A stretch of DNA of 25,490 bases from Myxococcota bacterium (GTDB lineage Bacteria; Myxococcota_A; UBA796; SXON01): the NCBI GenBank assembly GCA_040386535.1, contig JAZKFH010000070.1, positions 1-25,490 of the forward strand, written 5' to 3'. Positions 7,765-15,736 of this stretch are shown piece by piece (the stretch's first letter is position 1; every line of letters begins with the position of its first letter). A program made the translations under genes and the position numbers. The notes beneath the pieces were generated by a model. It ran no database searches and was not told where the DNA came from. It saw only the letters and a program-made list of their open reading frames with translations.

Positions 7765-10527
7765 ATGCCGGCGCGGGCCGACCAACGCGAGCTCCCCGTG
7801 GAGGGGGGCAGCATCGATCTCGGGCGCCTGGAGGTGCGACGCGGAGAAGTGCGCGTGCGCCTCACGGCTATCGAGGCCGCGCTGCTCGCGTACCTCGCCG
7901 ACCGGCCGGGACAGGCGATCACGCGCGAGGAGCTCCAGGCCGAGGTGTGGGGCTACAAAGAGGGCCTGGTCACGCGGGCCGTGCACCACACGGTGACGCG
8001 GCTCCGTCGCAAGCTGGAGCTCGATCCCGACGCGCCGAAGCACCTCGTGTCCGTGTACGGCGTCGGCTACCGCCTCGAGCTCGCGACGGCGCCCACTCCC
8101 GCTCCCGCTCCCACTCCCACTCCCACTCCCGCACCACCGCCCGCGTCGTCCGGCTTCGTGGGCCGCGCCGACGAGCTCGTGGAGCTGGCGCGGTGCTTCG
8201 ACGAGGGCGCGCGCCTCGTGACGCTGCACGGCTGCGGGGGGATGGGCAAGACGAGCCTGGCCCGGCGCCACCTCGCCACGACGGACGGGGTGTGGTGCGA
8301 TCTGGTCGGCGTGACGGGCCCCGCCCGCCTCGCGCGCATCGTCCTGGACGTGCTCGGGGGCGAGCCCGGTGCCGACCCCGACGCCGCTGTCGTGGCCGCG
8401 CTGCGCGCCCGGGGCCGGGTGTTGCTGGTGCTCGACGACCTGGACGCGCTGGCCGAGGTCGCCGGGCCGATCGTCGCGTCCTGGCTGGCACGCGCCCCCG
8501 AGGCCCGCGTGCTCGCCACGTCGCGCCGGTGGCTGGCGGTGCCCGAAGAGGTGCGCGTCGAGCTCGCGCCCATGCGATCGGGCGATGGGCTGGCGCTGCT
8601 CCGGTCGCGTGCGCCCACCGCCGGAGAGGCCGATGCGGACGACCTCCACGCGCTGGTGGACGCCCTCGCGGGCCTGCCGCTCGCGATCGTGCTGGCCGCG
8701 CCGCGCCTCGCCGTCGTGTCCGCACGTGCGCTCCGTGAGCGCCTCGCCGCCCCGCTTGCCCTGCTCCGCTCGCGCTCACTCCTCCCCTCACAAGACGGCG
8801 GCCGCCACGCCACGATGCGGGGCGTGCTCGACTGGTCGTGGCACCAGCTCGAGCCCGAAGAGCGGCACGCGCTCCCCGCTCTCGCCCTGTTCGAGGGGGG
8901 CTTCACCGCGGAGGCCGCGGAGGCCGTGATCGGCGGGGACGGCCGCGACGCGAGCGTGCTCGACGTGCTCGAAGGCCTCCTCCGGGCGTCGTGGATCGTC
9001 CCGCTCGCGGGCGAGCGCCTCGGGATGTACCCGGTGCAGCGGGAGTACCTGCTGGAGCGCCTCGCCGAGCGCGCCGATGCGGCCGGGGCCGCGGAGTCCG
9101 CCTCCTCCGCTTCGACGGCCGCCGGGTCCGCCCCCGCCGCGATCGGCGGCCGGCACCTCCGCTGGTGCCTCGGCGTGCTCGAGGCCGCCAACGCCAGCCT
9201 GGACGCGCGGTGGAACGCGGACGCCGCGCGGAGGGCGGCCGCGGAGGTCCCGAACGGCCTCGCGGCGTTCGACCGGGAGCTCGCGCGCGAGCCGGCCCTC
9301 GCCGCCGCGCTCCTGGTCGCGGTGTGGCCGCTCGCCACCCGCGCGAACCCGATCGAAGAGGCGCGCCTCGACGCCGCGATCGCGGCCATGGACGGCCTCC
9401 TCGCGAGCGGGATCGCCGGTCCCGACGGCAGGAGCGCCGCGATGACGCGCGCGCGACTGGGATGGCTCCGCGGCCTCGCGCGCCGGCTCGCCGGCCGGGG
9501 CGCCGCGGCCCGGGAAGCGCTCGACGACGCCCTGGCCCGCGCGGACGCCCTCGGTGACCTCGACATCCGGAGCCTCGTGGTCGGCCAGCTCGGCAACCTC
9601 GCGGCGGTCGAGGGGCGTCTGGACGAGGCCGCGGCGCACTTCCGCGCCGCCTGCGTGCTCAACGGGGCCCGGGGCGCGCGGGTCGCGGTGTGGCTCGGCA
9701 ACCTCGGCAACGTGCACAGTGCGCTCGGCGATCGCGACGCTGCCGAGGCCTGCTACCTCGAAGCGCTCGCGCGCGTCGGCGAGGACGGCAACCCCGGCGA
9801 TCGTGCGCGCCTGCACGCCAACCTCGGCAACCTGCAGCTCGCGCGCGGCGATCTCGAGCCCGCCGAGGACAGCTACGGCCGCGCCGAGACGCTGTTCCGC
9901 GACGCTGACGAGCGCGCCTTCCTCGCGCAGGTGGCGGGCAATCGTGCCGTGGCGCGGCTCGGGCTCGGCCGGCTGGCCGAGGCGCGCACCCTCGCATCGG
10001 ACGCGCGCGAGCGGCACCGTCGCCTCGGAAACCGGCGCAGCGAGGCCATCGCCACGCTCACGCTCGCCGAGATCGAGTTCGAGGCCGGGCGCGTCGCGGA
10101 GGCGCTGGAGCACGCGCTCCTCGGGGCCACGCGGCTGGAGGAGCTGCGCGATCGCGTGTACCTGCCGGCGGCGCACGCGCTCGTCGGCACCTGTCATCAC
10201 ACGCGGGGTGCGCTCCCCGCGGCGCTCTCGGCGTGGGAGGCGGCGGCCGCGGGCTTCGACGCGCTCGGCAACACGCAGGCCGCGGATCACGCGCGCATCG
10301 GCGCCGCGCTCGTCCGCATCGAGCGCGACGAACCGCACGCGCTCCCCCCCGTGGCCGACGCCACCGGGCTCGCCCTCCGCGCAATCGCCGAGGCCTGGGC
10401 GGGCCTGCGCGTCGGCGATCCGCGCCCATGGGCGATCGTGAAGGCATTGCCGCGCTCGCGACACCCCGAGGCGCGGCGGGCCCGGCTCCTCGTCGAGGCG
10501 CGCGTGGCGCGGTGGGCATCGTCGTGA
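7765..10527 (+). CDS. Winged-helix (OmpR/Trans_reg_C) - STAND ATPase - TPR transcriptional regulator (AfsR-like architecture)
   Basis: VRLTAIEAALLAYL...ITREEL..EVWGY...LRRKLELDPDAPKHLVSVYGVGYRL wHTH; PT linker; Walker A GCGGMGKT; Walker B LLVLDD; ATSR and GLPLAI motifs; TPR repeats with NLGN. ATG at 7765 with TAGGAT -10 at 7737-7742. Confidence 0.92.
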   Translation: MPARADQRELPVEGGSIDLGRLEVRRGEVRVRLTAIEAALLAYLADRPGQAITREELQAEVWGYKEGLVTRAVHHTVTRLRRKLELDPDAPKHLVSVYGVGYRLELATAPTPAPAPTPTPTPAPPPASSGFVGRADELVELARCFDEGARLVTLHGCGGMGKTSLARRHLATTDGVWCDLVGVTGPARLARIVLDVLGGEPGADPDAAVVAALRARGRVLLVLDDLDALAEVAGPIVASWLARAPEARVLATSRRWLAVPEEVRVELAPMRSGDGLALLRSRAPTAGEADADDLHALVDALAGLPLAIVLAAPRLAVVSARALRERLAAPLALLRSRSLLPSQDGGRHATMRGVLDWSWHQLEPEERHALPALALFEGGFTAEAAEAVIGGDGRDASVLDVLEGLLRASWIVPLAGERLGMYPVQREYLLERLAERADAAGAAESASSASTAAGSAPAAIGGRHLRWCLGVLEAANASLDARWNADAARRAAAEVPNGLAAFDRELAREPALAAALLVAVWPLATRANPIEEARLDAAIAAMDGLLASGIAGPDGRSAAMTRARLGWLRGLARRLAGRGAAAREALDDALARADALGDLDIRSLVVGQLGNLAAVEGRLDEAAAHFRAACVLNGARGARVAVWLGNLGNVHSALGDRDAAEACYLEALARVGEDGNPGDRARLHANLGNLQLARGDLEPAEDSYGRAETLFRDADERAFLAQVAGNRAVARLGLGRLAEARTLASDARERHRRLGNRRSEAIATLTLAEIEFEAGRVAEALEHALLGATRLEELRDRVYLPAAHALVGTCHHTRGALPAALSAWEAAAAGFDALGNTQAADHARIGAALVRIERDEPHALPPVADATGLALRAIAEAWAGLRVGDPRPWAIVKALPRSRHPEARRARLLVEARVARWASS

Positions 10528-10568
10528 GCCAGGTTTGAGTCAGGTTTGAGGCAAGCTTGAGTCAGGCA
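10525..10568 (+). promoter_or_regulatory. Four 11-bp direct repeats, probable winged-helix activator binding site
   Basis: TGAGCCAGGTT / TGAGTCAGGTT / TGAGGCAAGCT / TGAGTCAGGCA starting at 10525, 10536, 10547 and 10558, about 90 bp upstream of the protease ATG. Confidence 0.75.
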
Positions 10569-10654
10569 CCCGGGGTCGGGGCACCGTAGATGGTTGGGGC
10601 GGGTGACAGGACCCCATTCCTGACAACTCGCGAACCAACCCCCATGGAGTCTCC

Positions 10655-12814
10655 ATGTACATCCGCCGTGCGCCCAGCGCGTTGTTGTTCCCGTCCGTCC
10701 TATTTACCCTCCTGTCCGGATGCGCCGACGAACCCGCGTTCGATCCGGGCACGCCCAAGTCGGGGGAGAGCGTGACAGAGAAGGCGTATGTCAAGGACAG
10801 CGTCATCTGGACCTCCCCTGTCATCCCCGTGTGTTGGGAGAACCCGACCACGGCCAACGCGGCCGCCCGCCAGGTCGTGGAGGACGCGGTGAACGAGACG
10901 TGGGCCGCCGTTTCCCGCATCAAGTTCGTCGGCTGGGGCACGTGCACGTCGAGCTCGCCCGGCATCAACATCCTATGGAGCGACGAGGGCCCCCATACGC
11001 AGGCCCTGGGCGACAACCTCGACAACAACAACAACGGCATGGCGCTCAACCACGAGTTCGTGAACTGGAACACGGCCTGCCAAGCCAACGTTGACTATTG
11101 TGTCCGTGTCATCGCCGTGCACGAGTTCGGCCACGCGCTCGGCCTCGCGCACGAGCAGAACCGCGACGACACGCCCTCCTGGTGCACCGAAGAGCCGCAG
11201 GGGACCGACGGGAACGTCGAGATCGGCGCGTGGGACACGGACTCGGTCATGAACTACTGCAACCCCGAGTGGAACGGGGACGGCAATCTCTCCGATACGG
11301 ACATCGAGGCCATCCAACTCTACTACGGCGCCCCGCTGGTCCGATCCGACTTCGACAACGACGGCTACGATGACCTCGTCATCGGTGTGCCCGGCGAGGA
11401 CGTGGGCTCCGAGAGCAACCACGGCGCCATCAACATCTTGTACGGAACCAGCGCCGGGCTCTCTGTCACCGGTGACCAGATCTGGTACCAGGACACCAGC
11501 ACGGTGGCGGGAGACGGCGAGGCGGGCGACGACTACGGCGAGGCGCTCGCCGTCGGCGACTTCGACTGGGACGGATTCAGCGACGTGGTCATCGGCGTGC
11601 CCGGCGAGTCCGTCGGCACGATCGGCAACTCGGGTGGCATCAACGTGATGTACGGGACCGCGTCCGGCATCTCCGTCACGGGTGACGAGATCTGGCACCA
11701 GGACGTGACGGGTGTGCCCGACGCCGCGGGGGCGGGCGACGATTTCGGCGCCGCGGTCGCCGTGGGCGACTTCAACCGCGACTACTTCATGGACGTCGCG
11801 ATCGGCTCTCCCGGGGAGGACATCGGCACCGAGGCCGGGATGGGCGTGGTGACGATCCTCTACGGATCCAGCAGCGGCCTGGTCACCAGCGGCGCCGATC
11901 TCTGGCACCAGGAGATCGCCGATGTGGAAGGCAGCGGCGAGGCGGACGACGCGTTCGGCTCGGCCCTCGCCGCCGGCGACCTGGACGGCGACGGCTACGA
12001 CGACCTCGTGATCGGCGTTCCCGGCGAGTCCGTGGGCGCCCTCGCGGACGCCGGCGCCATCAACGTGCTCTACGGCTCCTCGGGCGGCCTCTCCGTGTCG
12101 GGCGACCAGATCTGGTACCAGGGCAACGCGGGCATCACGGACACCGCCGCGGCCGGCGATCGGTTCGGCGCGTCGCTCGCGGTCGCGGACTTCGATGACG
12201 ACGGCTACTACGACATCGCGGTCGGGGTGCCCGGCGAGACCAAGCTCGGCGACGCCGACGCGGGCGGGGTCCACATCCTCTACGGATCGGCGTCCGGGGT
12301 GAGCGCCAGCTTCGACGACTTCTACTACGTGGCGTTGACCACGGTGGCCGGCGACTCGGATCCCGGCGACGGCTTCGGCACCACGGTGGCCGCCGGGTAC
12401 ATCGACGACGACCTGTACGCGGATCTGGTGGTGGGCGTGCCCGGCGCGACGGTGAGCACGTTGTCGGACGCCGGGGAGGTGACGGTGTTCTTCGGCTCCG
12501 CGAGCGGCCTGTCCACGACGCGCGACGTGATCTGGAACCAGAACTCGACGGGGATCACCGGCACCGCCGCCGCGGGCGACGCGTTCGGAACCGCCGTGAC
12601 GACCGGCGACTACGACGGCGACGGCTACGCGGACTTCGCGGCGGGCACGCCCGGCGAGACCGTGTCGGCCTTCTCCGACGCGGGCGCCGTGTCGGTCCTC
12701 TACGGCAGCGCCACCGGGCCCACCTCGACCGGAAACGACCAGTGGAGCCAGGGCTCGACCAACCTCGAAGGCGACGAGGAGTCGTACGACCGCTTCGGCG
12801 CGTCGCTGCGGTGA
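10655..12814 (+). CDS. Lipoprotein: metzincin (astacin/M57-like) zinc metalloprotease fused to seven FG-GAP (integrin-alpha-type) repeats
   Basis: GGAG RBS; lipobox LLSGC; HEFGHALGLAHEQNRDD zinc motif; Met-turn SVMNY; seven DxDxDGxxD..G.PGE repeats ending in DRFGASL. Confidence 0.92.
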   Translation: MYIRRAPSALLFPSVLFTLLSGCADEPAFDPGTPKSGESVTEKAYVKDSVIWTSPVIPVCWENPTTANAAARQVVEDAVNETWAAVSRIKFVGWGTCTSSSPGINILWSDEGPHTQALGDNLDNNNNGMALNHEFVNWNTACQANVDYCVRVIAVHEFGHALGLAHEQNRDDTPSWCTEEPQGTDGNVEIGAWDTDSVMNYCNPEWNGDGNLSDTDIEAIQLYYGAPLVRSDFDNDGYDDLVIGVPGEDVGSESNHGAINILYGTSAGLSVTGDQIWYQDTSTVAGDGEAGDDYGEALAVGDFDWDGFSDVVIGVPGESVGTIGNSGGINVMYGTASGISVTGDEIWHQDVTGVPDAAGAGDDFGAAVAVGDFNRDYFMDVAIGSPGEDIGTEAGMGVVTILYGSSSGLVTSGADLWHQEIADVEGSGEADDAFGSALAAGDLDGDGYDDLVIGVPGESVGALADAGAINVLYGSSGGLSVSGDQIWYQGNAGITDTAAAGDRFGASLAVADFDDDGYYDIAVGVPGETKLGDADAGGVHILYGSASGVSASFDDFYYVALTTVAGDSDPGDGFGTTVAAGYIDDDLYADLVVGVPGATVSTLSDAGEVTVFFGSASGLSTTRDVIWNQNSTGITGTAAAGDAFGTAVTTGDYDGDGYADFAAGTPGETVSAFSDAGAVSVLYGSATGPTSTGNDQWSQGSTNLEGDEESYDRFGASLR

Positions 12815-14133
12815 CGGCGTCGGGGGGTGGGTCCCCTCGGGGATCCGCCCCCCCGTCTCGGCGACCACCCGGCGTCCCTGATACGCTCGCCGGTGCCGAG
12901 GCCGCCATCTCCACCCACCGTCTCCAGAACCGGATCTTCGCCGGCCTCGTGGTCCTCGCCCTGGCGGCGGTCGGCTACGGCGTGTGGAATGCCCAGGGGC
13001 CCGCGCCGAGGGTGGACGGGACCGCCGAGGGCGAGCGGCTCCTCCAGGCCGGCGAGCTGCGCGACGCCGCCGAGGCGGGAGACGCGATCGTGAAGGGCGA
13101 GCCGACGCTCGACGGGTACCTGTTCGCGGCGCGGGTGCAGCGGGCCCTGCACGATCGTGCCGCCACCGAGCGCCTCCTCGGCGAGGCGTACACGCTCGCG
13201 CCGGAACGATTTCCGAGCCTCGCGCTGCTGGTCGACCACCGCCTGCGCGGGCCCGACGATGCGGCCAAGGCGATCGACGCGCTCGTGTTCCTCGACGGGC
13301 ACATCGCCCGCTACCCGCAGGATCACAACGCGGTCGAAGAGGCGCGCCTCGTCGCGTTCGCGTACCTGCTCGGCCAGACGAAGCTCTCCGACGCGGCGCG
13401 CGCCGAGTACCGGGGGCGGGCGCAGGCGTCACTGGCGGCGTTCCGCTTCGCGGGCGTCGGCACCACCGAGCAGCACTACAACCGCGCGCAGGTGCTCGTG
13501 GCGCTCGGCGACGTCGACGGCGGCCTCGCCGCGGGGCGCGCGGGGATCGCCGCGGGCACCGACAAGTGGGTGGCGCTGGTGTTGCACTGGGCCCTCGCGA
13601 CGGCGCTCCTCCACCGCGGCGAGGCCGACGCCGCCTGGGCCGAGATGGAGGCCATCCAGGCCGACCTCGCCACCTGGCCGGGCACCCACTTCGGCATGGG
13701 GAAGCCGCTCGTCGAGCTGATGCAGCTCACCGCCGCGGTCCGCTTCGGGCGCACGCTCGCGCCGCCGGCCGACTACGCCGCGCGGCTGACCCGCCTCGAA
13801 GACGAAGGCGTGCGCCTGCAACACGGCGACGCGGAGACCCGCGATCTGGTCACCGCGCTGCTCGCGGCGCGTGCAACCGGTGACACCCCGGGCGCGCTGG
13901 CCCGCACGGACGATCTGCTCGCGATCCTCGGGCGCGACCGCGGCTGCGAGATGGAGAACCAGCTGATCCGGCCACACACCCGGGCGATGGTGCTGGTGGC
14001 GCGGGGGGAGCTGCTCGCGGGTTCGGGCGACGCGGCGGGCGCGAACGCCGCCTACACCGAGGCGGCGGCGCTGTTTCCGGCGGACGCGTGGCTGGCGGCG
14101 AAGGTCTCGGCGACGGCCGCGCTCACGCCCTGA
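12811..14133 (+). CDS. Membrane-anchored all-helical TPR-like hypothetical protein (start uncertain: 12811 GTG, 12907 ATC or 12949 GTG)
   Basis: N-terminal TM helix (IFAGLVVLALAAVGYGVW); TPR-like segments HYNRAQVLVALGDVDGGLAA and LVARGELLAGSGDAAGANAAYTEAAALFP; GC3-rich codon pattern. Confidence 0.75.
   Translation: MTASGGGSPRGSAPPSRRPPGVPDTLAGAEAAISTHRLQNRIFAGLVVLALAAVGYGVWNAQGPAPRVDGTAEGERLLQAGELRDAAEAGDAIVKGEPTLDGYLFAARVQRALHDRAATERLLGEAYTLAPERFPSLALLVDHRLRGPDDAAKAIDALVFLDGHIARYPQDHNAVEEARLVAFAYLLGQTKLSDAARAEYRGRAQASLAAFRFAGVGTTEQHYNRAQVLVALGDVDGGLAAGRAGIAAGTDKWVALVLHWALATALLHRGEADAAWAEMEAIQADLATWPGTHFGMGKPLVELMQLTAAVRFGRTLAPPADYAARLTRLEDEGVRLQHGDAETRDLVTALLAARATGDTPGALARTDDLLAILGRDRGCEMENQLIRPHTRAMVLVARGELLAGSGDAAGANAAYTEAAALFPADAWLAAKVSATAALTP
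12821..12855 (+). terminator. Strong GC hairpin directly after the protease stop codon
   Basis: CGGGGGGTGGGTCCC pairs with GGGATCCGCCCCCC(C)G. No U-tract. Confidence 0.5.
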
Positions 14134-14139
14134 CCGCGC

Positions 14140-14922
14140 TCACGGCCTGAACCGCGCCCGGAGGGCCTCCCCGCGCGACGCGGCCTCGGCGGCCACCGCG
14201 TGGCCGGTCAGCGCGAGGAAGGCGGCGCCGAGATCGGGGTGCCCGACCGACAACGCGGCGGGCGTGCCGACGGCGACGAGGTGGCCGTGGAGCAGCACGC
14301 CGAGCCGATCGCAGCGGGCGGCCTCCTCCATGTCGTGTGTCGCCACCACGATCGTCAGGCCCCGGTCGCGACGCAGGCCGGCGAGGTGGTCCCACAACAC
14401 GGCGCGGGTCTGCGGGTCGAGGCCGGTCGTCGGCTCGTCGAGGAACAAGACGCCGGGCTCGGTGAGCAGCGCCCGCGCGACCTCCACGCGCCGCCGCATG
14501 CCCCAGCTGTGCTGGCCGACCTCCTCGCGGGCGCGGTCGGCGAGCCCCATCGTCGCGAGCGCGGCCAACGCACGCGCCTCACGTTCTGGCGCGCGCCACG
14601 CGGGGCGGTGGAGCGCGGCGTAGAAGTCGAGGTTCTCCAGGGCGCTCAGCCGCAGGTCGAGGCTGGGCGCCTGGAACACCACGCCGATCCGCGCGCGCAC
14701 CGCCGTCAGATCGCGCAGGGCGTGGCCGCCGATGGAGCCCTCGCCGCGGGTGGGCGGGATCAGCGTGGTCAACAGCCCCAGGACCGTGCTCTTGCCGGAG
14801 CCGTTGGGGCCCACGAGCCCGAAACATTCGCCCGCGGCGATGTCCAGGTCGAGCGGGTGCACGATCTCGACGCCGCCGGGCAGGCTCCGCGTGAGTCCGC
14901 GTGTGACGATGGGGAAGGACAC
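14140..14922 (-). CDS. ABC transporter ATP-binding protein (DrrA-like exporter family)
   Basis: Walker A GPNGSGKS; Q-loop VVFQ; signature HSWGM; Walker B/D-loop LFLDEPTTGLDP; H-loop ATHDMEEA. Start is GTG 14922 or 14940. Confidence 0.93.
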   Translation of the reverse strand: MSFPIVTRGLTRSLPGGVEIVHPLDLDIAAGECFGLVGPNGSGKSTVLGLLTTLIPPTRGEGSIGGHALRDLTAVRARIGVVFQAPSLDLRLSALENLDFYAALHRPAWRAPEREARALAALATMGLADRAREEVGQHSWGMRRRVEVARALLTEPGVLFLDEPTTGLDPQTRAVLWDHLAGLRRDRGLTIVVATHDMEEAARCDRLGVLLHGHLVAVGTPAALSVGHPDLGAAFLALTGHAVAAEAASRGEALRARFRP

Positions 14923-14998
14923 CGAGGCGTGCTGTACCACGAAGCCGGGCGCCGGCGCTGTTGGCCCGCCGCTTGCTTATACGGTTGGTGGAGGTTCC

Positions 14999-15733
14999 AT
15001 GTTCCATCGACTCGCCGCGCTCCTCGTCCTGGCCGCGTGCACCGGGGGCGCGTCCGACAAGGACGACACCGGCGGGGAGACCGGCGGCGGCGACACCGAC
15101 ACGCCCGAGTGCGACGAGATCGTGCCGCCCGGCTTCGATGTCTGGCTGACCGGCGTGGGCGACGCGGTCATCGGCCCCGAGGACGTGCGGTGGAACCTGG
15201 GCGACACGAGCGGGTACTGCAGCCTCGAGAGCGACGGCCGCTTCCACTGCGACACGGGTGGCGCGTCTGGGGCCGCGGAGCTGTTCATCAACATCTCCGG
15301 GGCGCACCCGGTGTCCCTGGCGGTCGAGATCGAGGAATTCGCCTGCCTCTTTCCGCAGATCCTCGTGACCCTGGAGCACATCGGCGCCGCCTTCGCCGAG
15401 GACCGCGCGTACTTCATCCAGTGGATCGAGGACGAGGAGGAGTGCGCCAACTCGTGGGAGCTCTACTTCATGAACTGCTACGCCACCGCGGTGTTCTGCG
15501 CGGACGGCGACGCCGAGGTCATCCTCAGCGACATTATCAATTCGGGCATCTACGGGACGGACGGGTTCACGATCACCGGCTCCTTCCCCGACGGGAGCGG
15601 CGAGATCGCGGACGACGAGACCTTCGCGATCGAGTCGGAGACCACGATCCGGGACACGACCAACGGGCTGGAGTGGACCCTGGACACCGAGGGCCGGTTC
15701 GCCCCGTACGTGTGCCGCGAGGGCGGGGCATAG
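14999..15733 (+). CDS. Acidic, Cys-rich hypothetical lipoprotein
   Basis: GGAGG RBS; MFHRLAALLVLAAC lipobox; DDTG low-complexity linker; eight further Cys; very Asp/Glu-rich. Confidence 0.82.
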   Translation: MFHRLAALLVLAACTGGASDKDDTGGETGGGDTDTPECDEIVPPGFDVWLTGVGDAVIGPEDVRWNLGDTSGYCSLESDGRFHCDTGGASGAAELFINISGAHPVSLAVEIEEFACLFPQILVTLEHIGAAFAEDRAYFIQWIEDEEECANSWELYFMNCYATAVFCADGDAEVILSDIINSGIYGTDGFTITGSFPDGSGEIADDETFAIESETTIRDTTNGLEWTLDTEGRFAPYVCREGGA

Positions 15734-15736
15734 CCG

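Noticed and set aside
7765..10527. Avs/NLR-type anti-phage defence protein
   Set aside because: The N-terminal domain is a DNA-binding winged helix rather than a nuclease, TIR, SIR2 or protease effector, and an operator-like box follows; a transcriptional regulator fits better.
14498..14512. ABC signature HSWGM as an inactivating change
   Set aside because: The residue after Ser varies in this family (e.g. SKG, SLG, STG). The key Ser and second Gly, Walker A/B, D-loop and H-loop are intact.
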